Under the pieces are notes generated by a model. That model was not told where the DNA came from, did not search any database, and worked only from the letters and a program-made list of their open reading frames with translations. Positions 37,034 to 46,359 of a stretch of DNA of 64,000 nt are shown here, piece by piece; within the stretch, counting starts at the first letter, position 1; each line of letters begins with the position of its first letter. This DNA comes from Patescibacteria group bacterium (GTDB taxonomy: Bacteria > Patescibacteriota > Minisyncoccia > Phycocordibacterales > DATDWN01), in the NCBI GenBank assembly GCA_040384485.1, contig JAZKJH010000002.1:150235-214234 (forward strand), in the 5' to 3' direction. The position numbers and the translations under genes were made by a program.

Positions 37034-37792
37034 TTATATTTGAAAATCCAAGTGTAGAGCTGCGTGATCAGAAACCTCATCTGGCAACACTTCAAACGCA
37101 CCGACTGTAACTGCAGGTGTGACTAATATGTAGTCGGCAAATTTTTCATTTTTTTTATACAAACTAGTTCTTGTTGACTCTATATTATGTGTCTTAACCA
37201 AGTTAACCAATCCCGATTCAATCATTTTCATACTTTCAGTTTCAGGTCTCAAATTAAAATCTCCACAAACAACTACAGGCAAACTTATCGAGTTAAGAAA
37301 TTGCTTTATTATTTCAGACTGTCGTAGCCTGTCTGTTGTATCGGTTTTGCCCATGCCATTCCATAAACAGTGTACATTAACTAGCACGAACTCACTCCCC
37401 TCACTCTCGAGCCTAAGCCATTGCAACTTTCTGTCATGATACCCGCTATATTTATGGTGGGTATCTTTTTTCATATAGTCCTCGTGTTTGTGTATAACAA
37501 CCTCACCATTATCCAAAACTCGAATACCTTTTTTTATGAATACACCTATACCAAACATGTCCTCTATAACTGGACTAAAAAATAAACTGTGCTCAATAAG
37601 AATATCTTGAATCTCATCAGTGCAGTTGTAGTTCTTTCCACTGTAATATTTCTCAAGCTCCGTGCTGTGTGAGTTCGCTTTATTGTAAAGCTCTTGTAAA
37701 CAAAAAATATCGATATGTTTATTACTTTCAAAAAACTCTCTCAAAGGTTTTTCGATCTGCATTCCCCATATATTGAGAGATATAACTTTCAT
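37034..37792 (-). CDS. endonuclease/exonuclease/phosphatase (EEP) family protein
   Basis: 252 aa; motifs CLQE, VNVH, CGDFN, SDH typical of the EEP fold. Confidence 0.75.
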   Translation of the reverse strand: MKVISLNIWGMQIEKPLREFFESNKHIDIFCLQELYNKANSHSTELEKYYSGKNYNCTDEIQDILIEHSLFFSPVIEDMFGIGVFIKKGIRVLDNGEVVIHKHEDYMKKDTHHKYSGYHDRKLQWLRLESEGSEFVLVNVHCLWNGMGKTDTTDRLRQSEIIKQFLNSISLPVVVCGDFNLRPETESMKMIESGLVNLVKTHNIESTRTSLYKKNEKFADYILVTPAVTVGAFEVLPDEVSDHAALHLDFQI

Positions 37793-37894
37793 AGCAAGAG
37801 TTTAGTATAAAAAATTATCCCAGTCCATCTGACCTGCATTATCTAAAACTAGATGGTAAAATTTGTAGTATAAGAGTACTATCATAGACACAAC

Positions 37895-38923
37895 ATGAAA
37901 AACTACTTTTCTTTACTAGACGGAGTTAGGTTTTTTGCTGCTTTTTGGGTAATGAACTTTCATTATCTATTTGCCCAAACTGGTGACCTTGAGTGGTATA
38001 GATATGGAAACCTAGGAGTACAGCTATTTTTCATCATAAGCGGTTTTGTGATTGTTTTATCACTCAACACAAAAAACCTAAGAGATTTCGCGACAAACAG
38101 GTTTCTGAGACTCTTCCCTATTTTCTGGATACTATGTACTGCTACATATATTCTTACTCTTATTGTCCCACACACTAGTACAGTGAGTTTTACCGAATAC
38201 TTAAGAAGTATGACTATGCTAGGAGACCTATTCAATGGAATTGTTGGCTACACTAGACTTATTGACCCTTCTTACTGGACACTCACTGTTGAGCTACTTT
38301 TCTACATGAGTATCGCTGTATTCGCCTACTTTTTCACTAGTAAAAACATCAGGTACTTTCTTTCAACCTGGGTGTTGTTCAGCATGATTGCATTTGCAGT
38401 CAAAATCGATCACAACTTTTTTATTAAAATTTTACTAGTTCGCCATGCGGCATACTTTGCATTCGGTGGAGCACTAGCGCTCATAGCAACAAAATCAGCT
38501 GAAACAAATTTCCAAAAATACTTCGACGGGATACTGCTTTTTGGAAGTGGTATTTTTGCTACCTATATCCATCCTCGATCCCTTGAACCGTACTACACAG
38601 TTAACCCTCTTGATACAAAAATAATAACTATCCTACACATATGTTTCTTTATACTAGTTCCGCTTCTAGTATACTTCTCTCCTCGTGTTAAAAATCTAAA
38701 AGTATTGAGTTTGCTTACAATACTTGGCGGGATTACCTATCCTTTGTATTTACTCCATCAGAAAATCGGCAATACCTTAATAAATTATATAAGCTCAAAC
38801 TTCGACCTATCTTGGACACAAATCTCAATCGGTTTTGAGGTTGTTGTAATATGCGTTGCATACTTTGTTTACCTACAGGATAAAAAAATGAGAGTCTGGT
38901 TGAAATACAAGTTTTTTAACTAA
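37895..38923 (+). CDS. acyltransferase family 3 membrane protein
   Basis: 342 aa; 10 TM; N-terminal LDGVRFFAAFWVMNFH motif. Confidence 0.8.
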   Translation: MKNYFSLLDGVRFFAAFWVMNFHYLFAQTGDLEWYRYGNLGVQLFFIISGFVIVLSLNTKNLRDFATNRFLRLFPIFWILCTATYILTLIVPHTSTVSFTEYLRSMTMLGDLFNGIVGYTRLIDPSYWTLTVELLFYMSIAVFAYFFTSKNIRYFLSTWVLFSMIAFAVKIDHNFFIKILLVRHAAYFAFGGALALIATKSAETNFQKYFDGILLFGSGIFATYIHPRSLEPYYTVNPLDTKIITILHICFFILVPLLVYFSPRVKNLKVLSLLTILGGITYPLYLLHQKIGNTLINYISSNFDLSWTQISIGFEVVVICVAYFVYLQDKKMRVWLKYKFFN

Positions 38924-38945
38924 AACAATTAAATTTTATTACAAA

Positions 38946-38971
38946 AACCACAGGAGTTACCTCCTGTGGTT
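38946..38971. terminator. bidirectional intrinsic terminator
   Basis: aaaaaccacaggagttacctcctgtggtt. Confidence 0.6.
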
Positions 38972-39016
38972 GATTCTTACATGTTCTAAATGAGAACTGT
39001 TTTTTTACTAGTACAG

Positions 39017-39682
39017 TTACCTGTCACTTCTGGTCGGGTTTTCGAAGAAGTCATCCTTGGTGCTCTTGAACACGTTCAAGCTGATTTTTTCGAGCAGTGT
39101 GCTGATTCTCCGATAAATCCAACGAACAAGCTTCTTCAGAGGTTCGTCAAGGAAATACCCGACCACACTCCACGGCCAGAACAAAATCCAAAGATAAATC
39201 TCGGATTTGTGCTCATTTGGACTCGGATGCACGACCCCATTGTTACCGATCTTGAGCTTGACCTCCCGACCATAGTCGGTTTCCCTACGGATGTGATCAA
39301 GCCACTCTTTCTTAAAAGCGTCCGGAACCTTGTTACCTTCGACACCTCTTAACTTAAGAAACTCTCTACGGATGTCGTCGTATCTCTCAAAGATGCGAGT
39401 GACAAATCGCCACCATTTACCTACCGCCCATACCGCACCAATGACAAAGTATGAGAGGAAGTAAAATGACGCCTGAAGTGGGTTTTGAATGATCCAAGAA
39501 AACTGCAGAACACCGGCGTAGTAAAGAACCAAGGTTATCACCACAAACGAGATTGTAGTGTACCCGGGCCAGTCGTTTTCGACAAAGACCCCCATTAGGA
39601 TCCATGCGGCTGCAAACAATATCCAAAACGCTACCGTTCCGAATGCGAAAAAAGCAAGTAACCCTGCGAACAACTCACCCAT
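39017..39682 (-). CDS. hypothetical Trp-rich polytopic membrane protein (high GC)
   Basis: 221 aa; 4-5 TM, many W/Y; no domain recognised. Confidence 0.5.
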   Translation of the reverse strand: MGELFAGLLAFFAFGTVAFWILFAAAWILMGVFVENDWPGYTTISFVVITLVLYYAGVLQFSWIIQNPLQASFYFLSYFVIGAVWAVGKWWRFVTRIFERYDDIRREFLKLRGVEGNKVPDAFKKEWLDHIRRETDYGREVKLKIGNNGVVHPSPNEHKSEIYLWILFWPWSVVGYFLDEPLKKLVRWIYRRISTLLEKISLNVFKSTKDDFFENPTRSDR

Positions 39683-39800
39683 ACTCCACCTCTTCTTTTA
39701 CGAGTTTGTAAATAACTTCCATTCATGAGAATACCTTAATTTATTAGAATGTCAAGAATCAAAAGTTAATTTCTTATGAACTCCTCTAAGCTGGAATAAC

Positions 39801-40550
39801 TTACACTTTATAAATAGAGTTTAGTAAACCAATTTTATTTAAAATTTCTGCGTAATTTTCGACTGTCATTTTTTCATATCCCAAACTATCTAATAAATTA
39901 ATAAATTCAGAGATTGCATAATCATAATAACGCAAGGTCATTGAAAGTCTGAGCTCGTTCTGGTTTTCTTCTGTTAGTTTCAGCATTGCCTCCCCGACTA
40001 AATTTTTCCAATACTGATCAATTAGATTAGCATATTTTCTACACATTGCAGTATTTTCCGAACCCGGATAGTTAAGTGATAACAAAATACCACCAGGCAA
40101 GGAAATCAAATCCTCGCTTCTTTCATTTCCTAATATATTAATTATATCCATCAACGAGATTTTATTTGAAGAAACTTGCTCTACTTGAGTATACTTATCA
40201 ACAATGCTTCTTGCCATTGTTCTTACCTCATCTGAAACTCCCGGAGGCAGGTCTTCCTCCTTAAAGATAACTTCTGAAATATTGCTATCCGGGTGACTAT
40301 GCCAACTATTCTCAATATTAGGTGGAAACTCTGTCGATATTTCACTATCGCCAACTTGATAATAGAAACCAATTTTTGAAGATTTTCTTGCAACAAAACC
40401 ATGCGCCTCGTTACTATTTGCTTTCCTTATTTCCTCCATGCGACTATACATTTCCTCCGGTGATTCGAATACTTCAAGAGTGTACCCTTCTATTTTATCA
40501 AAACCCTCACTCTCATTGGATTCGTAAACTTCAAAATTTTTCATGTACAA
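39801..40550 (-). CDS. hypothetical protein
   Basis: 249 aa; acidic; low GC like the backbone; no domain recognised. Confidence 0.5.
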   Translation of the reverse strand: MYMKNFEVYESNESEGFDKIEGYTLEVFESPEEMYSRMEEIRKANSNEAHGFVARKSSKIGFYYQVGDSEISTEFPPNIENSWHSHPDSNISEVIFKEEDLPPGVSDEVRTMARSIVDKYTQVEQVSSNKISLMDIINILGNERSEDLISLPGGILLSLNYPGSENTAMCRKYANLIDQYWKNLVGEAMLKLTEENQNELRLSMTLRYYDYAISEFINLLDSLGYEKMTVENYAEILNKIGLLNSIYKV

Positions 40551-40695
40551 ATTTTAACGCATTGGCTGGATAATTACTAATTCAACTTACGTTATCTCTG
40601 GACTTCCGTATTAACTGTTTTGGTTGGTATCAAAGCATTGTTTCGTCTTCCATAAAATCAAAAAGTCTGGAATTAACCAGACTTTTTACATTTTG

Positions 40696-40768
40696 TGGAC
40701 CCGACAGGACTCGAACCTGCCACCCCATCATTGCAAATGATGTGCTCTACCAGATGAGCTACGGGCCC
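40696..40768 (-). tRNA. tRNA-Ala (anticodon TGC)
   Basis: Minus-strand gggcccgtagctcatctggtagagcacatcatttgcaatgatggggtggcaggttcgagtcctgtcgggtcca folds as a cloverleaf with G3:U70, anticodon loop tTGCa, T-loop TTCGAGT; CCA not encoded. Confidence 0.85.
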
Positions 40769-40860
40769 GTATTAAACTTTGAAACACCTACATATCTATC
40801 CTACAATTCACAATCATTTGTGCAAATGATGGTCGCAAATATTTTTCTGGTGAAAAATTT

Positions 40861-40945
40861 GGCGACCCCACCACGGCTCGTCAGCCTCCGGCCTTGCGGT
40901 CTGGATCCTAACCAGACCTCACTCCACCAGATGAGCTACGGGCCC
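40861..40945 (-). other. tRNA-Ala 5'-half pseudo-copy with a GC-rich structured insert (not a complete tRNA)
   Basis: Minus strand begins gggcccgtagctcatctggtGgag, identical to the first 20 nt of the tRNA-Ala 130 nt downstream; it then continues into a perfect 6-bp hairpin gtctgg-ttaggat-ccagac and gccggaggCTGACGAgccgtggtggggtcgcc; no matching acceptor 3' strand. Confidence 0.35.
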
Positions 40946-41027
40946 AACATACTCAGTAACAATTTAATATTTTACACTATTTTGTATTGAAAGCAAGGTC
41001 ACTATTTTGTATTATAAAGTCTATTAA

Positions 41028-41098
41028 GGGCTTGTAGTATAGTAGTAACACGCGTCCATGGCATGGACGAGTCCGGAGTGCGATTCTCCGCAGGTCCA
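41028..41098 (+). tRNA. tRNA-Ala (anticodon GGC), atypical T-loop
   Basis: gggcttgta...cgtcc atGGCat ggacg ...cggag tgcgatt ctccg caggtcca: acceptor with G3:U70, anticodon GGC; T-loop reads TGCGA (G at position 55) and the D-stem has a mismatch. Confidence 0.55.
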
Positions 41099-41100
41099 CA

Positions 41101-41139
41101 AAAAGCAAAAGACTTTCCTAAACGGAAAGTCTTTTGCTT
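41101..41139. terminator. perfect 17-bp hairpin (terminator-like)
   Basis: aaagcaaaagactttcc taaac ggaaagtcttttgcttt. Confidence 0.55.
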
Positions 41140-41306
41140 TGATGGAAGACGGAGCAGGCATCTACTCAGCAGAGTGGGTCGCGAGTCAGGGTCGTGGAAA
41201 CTTTGTTTTGACGATAACAAAATTATCCCTGACCACAAATAAATTGACAAAATCTAAATATTATGTATAGTTCTAAATAGATTTATTGGTTCCGAAGGAG
41301 TAACGG

Positions 41307-41948
41307 ATGGCAGATGTGGTAACTAAGTTAGTGACTGATGAGGGGTCGCTCTATACCCTTTTCGACACTGTATGCGACCAATTTACGAGTCCCGCCCTCC
41401 CAATCCGGGATTTGGCGATCAAACTTCGTGAGAATGCTTCCATGAGCGAATGGATGCAGTGGGCACAAAACACTGAACACGTCTTCGACTTGAGACGTGT
41501 TACGATTCGGAAGAGGTTAAGTTACCTGACTGAGCTTAAGTCTGGTAGATCGCTCACTGACCCACAAGCTATCGAATTATACGAGTTATACCGATTTCTT
41601 CACGGCACGGTGGCGCCTCATCAGTACGAGTACCCAGAAATTGGGCGACAAGTGATCGAGAGATGGTTGACCGAGATGGACATGAGATCCAGATATCCCG
41701 AAGGATGGGATTGCTTGGATATCCTAAACGACAGAGTCGTCTATTGCACACTCCACAACCCTTGGGCTCGGAAACAATATCCAAATACCACAGAATTTTC
41801 GTTCACGCCGACCCCGGAGGAAAACAAACTCACTGGTCTATATGTGAGCCGGTTGGCAACGCTTGGACAGATTGCAGGAGTCAAGAGACTGAAACCTGCA
41901 GAAATCATTCAGAAGTTTCTTGGGAAGCAGCGAGTTACAAACTTGTGA
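41307..41948 (+). CDS. hypothetical protein (high GC) immediately downstream of the tRNA cluster
   Basis: 213 aa; GGAG RBS; near-consensus promoter TTGACAaaatctaaatattatgTATAGT about 40 nt upstream; no domain recognised. Confidence 0.5.
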   Translation: MADVVTKLVTDEGSLYTLFDTVCDQFTSPALPIRDLAIKLRENASMSEWMQWAQNTEHVFDLRRVTIRKRLSYLTELKSGRSLTDPQAIELYELYRFLHGTVAPHQYEYPEIGRQVIERWLTEMDMRSRYPEGWDCLDILNDRVVYCTLHNPWARKQYPNTTEFSFTPTPEENKLTGLYVSRLATLGQIAGVKRLKPAEIIQKFLGKQRVTNL

Positions 41949-42008
41949 GTTCCCGAAACTACCTACCCACTCACTACCAGAAATGGCTAGTGAGTGTTTT
42001 TTTTATTC

Positions 42009-43103
42009 CTACAAAAACCCCCTAACTGGTCTTATGAAAAATTCTTGGAATTTTCGCAGAAACGGACGACGCTTCCATTCTGTATAAGTTATTTCGCGAG
42101 AATGAGTGAGATCAGTATAAAAATGCTCCATTAACTCGGCCACTGCATTGGTATCCACTGTCACTACATTTGCTTCGTAGTTATAAACAAAGCTTAGACT
42201 GTCTAAATTGAAGCTTCCATAAGTTCCCCACTGATTGTCTACTATTGCAGTCTTTGCATGAAGAATACTCGGTCTATATTTAAAAATTTTAACTCCATTT
42301 CTTAGTAATTCACTGTATGAAGAATGTGAAGCAGTTGCTACAAGTAGAACGTCTATAGTTTCTGGAACAATTATTTTTACATCCACACCTCGGACGGCAG
42401 CTAGTCGTAGTATTCTAATAAGTCTCCTGTCGGGAATAAGATAGGGAGTGGTGAGATAAATACTTTTCTTTGCTCCTCGCAAAGCTTCCATCAAAGTGTA
42501 GTACAAAAATCTTTTTTTAAAGTATGGTGAGTTGGTAATAAAATCCCTTTTAATTTTATTTAGCCTGAATTCTTTGATACGAATAACAATATCCTTTTCT
42601 TCTGCCAAGTTCCACATCTCCTGAAAAGCTTGGCTCATTTCCTCAACAACAGGTCCTTCTAGTCTGGCAGCCGTATCTCGCCATGTTTTCATGTGATCCC
42701 CCACACCCACACCTCCAGTAAAACCTATCTTCTTATCTACCACCAATACTTTCTTATGATTGCGAAAAAACCAAGAAAATATTGTGTGAATCCTCCACGG
42801 GCTGATCGGATTAAAAAACCTAACTTGTATTCCACTATCAGCTAACTCCTTTAGTATTACTGAACTATTCAAAGAGTAACTGCCTACTGCATCAGCTAGA
42901 ATTCTAACCCTAACTCCACTTCTAGCTTTCTCTTTAAAAATATCAAGAAACTCTTCCCCTATTTTATCTTTCAAGAAAATATACTGCTCTATATCTATAG
43001 ACTCCTTGGCCTCTCTGCACGCACTAAGCATACCAGTCCAACTATTTACCGTATCGGTATAAAATTCAAAATTATTCGGAAACATATAGCTATTAAACCG
43101 CAC
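42009..43103 (-). CDS. cls: cardiolipin synthase / phospholipase-D family
   Basis: 364 aa; HKD motif HAKTAIVDNQWGTYGSFNLD and a second degenerate HKD. Confidence 0.85.
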   Translation of the reverse strand: MRFNSYMFPNNFEFYTDTVNSWTGMLSACREAKESIDIEQYIFLKDKIGEEFLDIFKEKARSGVRVRILADAVGSYSLNSSVILKELADSGIQVRFFNPISPWRIHTIFSWFFRNHKKVLVVDKKIGFTGGVGVGDHMKTWRDTAARLEGPVVEEMSQAFQEMWNLAEEKDIVIRIKEFRLNKIKRDFITNSPYFKKRFLYYTLMEALRGAKKSIYLTTPYLIPDRRLIRILRLAAVRGVDVKIIVPETIDVLLVATASHSSYSELLRNGVKIFKYRPSILHAKTAIVDNQWGTYGSFNLDSLSFVYNYEANVVTVDTNAVAELMEHFYTDLTHSREITYTEWKRRPFLRKFQEFFIRPVRGFL

Positions 43104-44082
43104 GGCGGTGTAATGTCAAGTTAAGTACGTGATGTAAGAACTCTTTAATGTTTGAACCGACAGCAGTCAAAGATTTTGACAATAAAGAGTCCCTTGATAA
43201 ACCAGGCAAGGAGTTAACTTCAAGAAAATATATTCCTCTTTTTGGATGCACAATAAAATCCGAACGAGAGTAGTGCCGTAGCCCCAGCGCCTTGTGTGTT
43301 AGCTCGGCCAGACGTTCTATCTCCATTTTTTCTTCCTTGGTAAAGTTACCTGGGCATATTTCCCTACTCTTTCCGCTATATTTTGCATCATAATCAAAAA
43401 CTGAGTTAGCAGAAACTATTTCTATAGGTGGCAATGTGTAAAAATCCTTGTTTCGAAAATTATCTATTACCGCACAAGTAGCTTCTTTACCTTTTATATA
43501 TTCCTCAACCAAAACAGAACCATGTTCCGCTAAAGTAGTCTCGAGTGCAGAGAGAAGTTCTTGAAATGAGTGTGCCACCACAATCCCCAAAGACGATCCC
43601 CCACAGGTAGGTTTTACTATCATCGGATGCGGTATTTCCCCCCAAATTTGTTTTGCTTTCTGCAACAGATGGTCAGACTGCTTAACCAAGATTCCTATAG
43701 GAGTTTTTATGTTGTGTTTTTTTAAAATTTCTTTGGTGTGCCATTTATTCATAGCTGTCATAGAGGGAAACCTGGTTGACCCCGTATACGGCACGCCATG
43801 AGTTTCAAGTAATTCTTGAACTTGCCCGTCTTCTCCATATTTTCCATGCATAGCATTAAACACAACATCCACACTACTCAAAACCCTCCCAGGATTTCTT
43901 TCAATTCCATTCAAGTGCCATTTTCCATCCTTAGAAACAAAAATATCAACTGGAGCATGAGTATCCTGCAATACATTCAATATACTTGCACCAGTTTGGA
44001 GTGACACGTCATACTCACTTGAAGGTCCACCTCGCAAAACACCGATTCGAAGTGATGTTGGAAGAGTAAAGTTGCTAGACAT
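43093..44082 (-). CDS. ddl: D-alanine--D-alanine ligase
   Basis: 329 aa; ATP-grasp; N-terminal IGVLRGGPSSEYDVSL typical of Ddl. Confidence 0.9.
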   Translation of the reverse strand: MSSNFTLPTSLRIGVLRGGPSSEYDVSLQTGASILNVLQDTHAPVDIFVSKDGKWHLNGIERNPGRVLSSVDVVFNAMHGKYGEDGQVQELLETHGVPYTGSTRFPSMTAMNKWHTKEILKKHNIKTPIGILVKQSDHLLQKAKQIWGEIPHPMIVKPTCGGSSLGIVVAHSFQELLSALETTLAEHGSVLVEEYIKGKEATCAVIDNFRNKDFYTLPPIEIVSANSVFDYDAKYSGKSREICPGNFTKEEKMEIERLAELTHKALGLRHYSRSDFIVHPKRGIYFLEVNSLPGLSRDSLLSKSLTAVGSNIKEFLHHVLNLTLHRRAV

Positions 44083-44354
44083 ATTTTTTATTATAACATG
44101 TTATGTTTTCGAACCAACATTATTTTTGAACCAAAACACTCACGGGTGTTAATCGTGAGTGTTTTCTCAAATATTATGGACCCATGAGGGTCCCAAGTTT
44201 GACTCTGGCTAGGAGCCAGGAAATTTATTTTCTCGGCCGGAGAAAAGTAGATTTCCGGAAAGAACAAATGTGAATATATTATTAAATTATATTCACGAGT
44301 AATTAGTATACAAAAATTAAATATTGAGAGCAATGTGGAAAACTTTTTACATAT

Positions 44355-44381
44355 AAAAAGCAGGCCGACGAATCGGCCTGC
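44355..44381 (-). terminator. intrinsic terminator of the Adk-like gene
   Basis: gcaggccgacgaatcggcctgc with U-run on the minus strand. Confidence 0.6.
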
Positions 44382-44392
44382 ATGTGTTGGGT

Positions 44393-45043
44393 CTACGCGA
44401 AGCAGGTAACCTTCTTCGCGCCTGAAGACAAGTGATCATGAATGCGCGAATCGATCGCATCCAAAATATCTTTGTGAATGACATCGGGCTTTCTGGTTCC
44501 TGAAAGTGGCAAACAGAATTCCGGACATTCTGAGTACAAAACCCGGTTGAGCTCAATCAAGCTCTTGCGATACTTGGACAAACGAGCTACTAGCACTGCG
44601 CGCTTGTCATCGTCTCGAACATGCCCATGTTCATCCGTTCTTGGACCACGACTATCGTAGCGATCCAAACACATGACATCCGGTACATCAAGGAAAATAA
44701 AAAATGGCAACCTGCCATGATTCTTAAATTCGTTGATTGCGAAGTACGCTTGTGTTGCTGTTCGTGGGAAACCCACAATAGCCACATTCCGTACTGCGTG
44801 CAGCACCTTCAATTCCTCACCCACTAGAGTGCAGGCTCGTTCGTCAGTGAAGTAGTTACCCACTGACATAAGCGCCTGTTCCGCCGGATTTGAATTCCTG
44901 TTGGCAAGCTCTGAAGTACTGATTTTCTTGTAATCCAGCGCCTCCAACATATCCGCCTGTGTATCCTTGCCCCCATATGGCGGCGCGATAATAACCACCG
45001 CTCTCGACTCTGTAAACACAATAACCTCCAATGAACTGTCCAA
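44393..45043 (-). CDS. adenylate-kinase-family P-loop kinase with degenerate P-loop (high GC)
   Basis: 216 aa; VVIIAPPYGGKDTQADML...ISTSEL aligns to Adk ILLGAPGAGKGTQA...ISTGDM; the Adk signature GFPRTATQA is present; the glycine-rich loop is partly replaced (PPYGGKD). Confidence 0.65.
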   Translation of the reverse strand: MDSSLEVIVFTESRAVVIIAPPYGGKDTQADMLEALDYKKISTSELANRNSNPAEQALMSVGNYFTDERACTLVGEELKVLHAVRNVAIVGFPRTATQAYFAINEFKNHGRLPFFIFLDVPDVMCLDRYDSRGPRTDEHGHVRDDDKRAVLVARLSKYRKSLIELNRVLYSECPEFCLPLSGTRKPDVIHKDILDAIDSRIHDHLSSGAKKVTCFA

Positions 45044-45078
45044 TGGAGAATATTAGTATAAAATGGCCTTACAGTCAA

Positions 45079-46308
45079 TTATTTTGGAAGTACTCCTCTA
45101 AGCTTCTTGTGAAAACTTATTGCGTATCTGTGCGCCTCAGCATTTGAAAGCAATATTTCCCTCTCACATTTCAACCACTTTTTGTCCCCCAATATTTCAC
45201 GTGCCCTATGTCTTTCATCCTTTACAACTGAGACCACCGGTATCTCTACCCCATTCTGTAAAAGTATCTTAGTCACAGTATTCTTTTGAGCAATCCCACC
45301 GTCGACTACTATCAGATTCGGATATAACCATTCTGTATGAGCCAGTCTCCTTTCCACAACCTCTTTTAGAGCGGCTGTATCATTTACCCCAGGATTGTTT
45401 CTTATTTTAAATTTTCTATAATCTGACTTCTTCACCTCACCATCCTCAACCACAGTCATTACACCAACGACATTCTGTCCCGACATATGAGCGATATCAT
45501 AACTTTCAATTCTAAACATATTACCAACTGATTTAGGCAGATCCTCTTTGATAAGTGATATGTCCTGAATATGATTCAATGTAAAAATTGTTCTTTTTAT
45601 TTTTTCGGCTTTTTCAAACTCCCGAGCTTTAGCAAAAGCTTTCATTTGCTTTTCCAAATTCTTTATCAGCTTTTTCTTGTTTCCTTCAAAAAAGGTTTTT
45701 ATATTTTCTATGGTTTCCGCGTATTCCTCTGCACTAACCACACCCGCACAAACCCCAGGACAAAGCCCTATTTGATAATTAAAACATCCTCGTTTCTGAC
45801 CAGGCGCGCACTTGTCTCTATATGGAAACATTTTACGGACTATCTTCATTGCTTCCTTGAGCTGACTTCCGTTAGGAAATGGTCCAAACGAATACTCAAC
45901 CTCAAATTTATTCTCCTTTAGAAAATGTGAGTTAAGTAGTTCTCGTCCACGAATAACCAAGACTCTTGGAAACTCTTCTTTGGTAATAACTACAAAGTTA
46001 AAACTTTTATTATCTTTTTCTTTGATGTTTGCCTCCGGTTGATGCTTTTTTATTAGGTGGGCTTCTAGAACGAGTGCCTCTAGTACTGAGTCAGTCGAAA
46101 TGTGTTCGATGTGATCAAAGCAAGTGAGCATTTTTAAAACGAGAGGACTTCTACTACTTACTACATCTGCATTAAAATAACTCCTTACTCGGTCCTTAAG
46201 ATTGGTAGCCTTACCAATATATAAAATATCTTTTTTGCACATAAACAAGTACACCCCAGGGGTACTTGGTAGTTTCGCTATTTCTTTTTTTATATCTTGA
46301 CTTAACAC
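45079..46308 (-). CDS. uvrC: UvrC-like GIY-YIG nuclease, short form (409 aa)
   Basis: N-terminal GIY-YIG (GVYLFMCKKDILYIGKATNLKDRVRSYF), UvrC Cys motif, RNase-H-like endonuclease region; lacks the C-terminal (HhH)2 tail of full-length UvrC. Confidence 0.65.
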   Translation of the reverse strand: MLSQDIKKEIAKLPSTPGVYLFMCKKDILYIGKATNLKDRVRSYFNADVVSSRSPLVLKMLTCFDHIEHISTDSVLEALVLEAHLIKKHQPEANIKEKDNKSFNFVVITKEEFPRVLVIRGRELLNSHFLKENKFEVEYSFGPFPNGSQLKEAMKIVRKMFPYRDKCAPGQKRGCFNYQIGLCPGVCAGVVSAEEYAETIENIKTFFEGNKKKLIKNLEKQMKAFAKAREFEKAEKIKRTIFTLNHIQDISLIKEDLPKSVGNMFRIESYDIAHMSGQNVVGVMTVVEDGEVKKSDYRKFKIRNNPGVNDTAALKEVVERRLAHTEWLYPNLIVVDGGIAQKNTVTKILLQNGVEIPVVSVVKDERHRAREILGDKKWLKCEREILLSNAEAHRYAISFHKKLRGVLPK

Positions 46309-46359
46309 ATATTTAAGTGTACTGTATTTTTTAGGAAAATCAACTTTTTGGAGGACTCA

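Noticed and set aside
40861-40945. Calling the element at 40861-40945 a second complete tRNA
   Set aside because: Only the acceptor 5' strand and D-arm match a tRNA. There is no complementary acceptor 3' strand and no T-arm. The anticodon-like hairpin would give a non-standard AGG anticodon.
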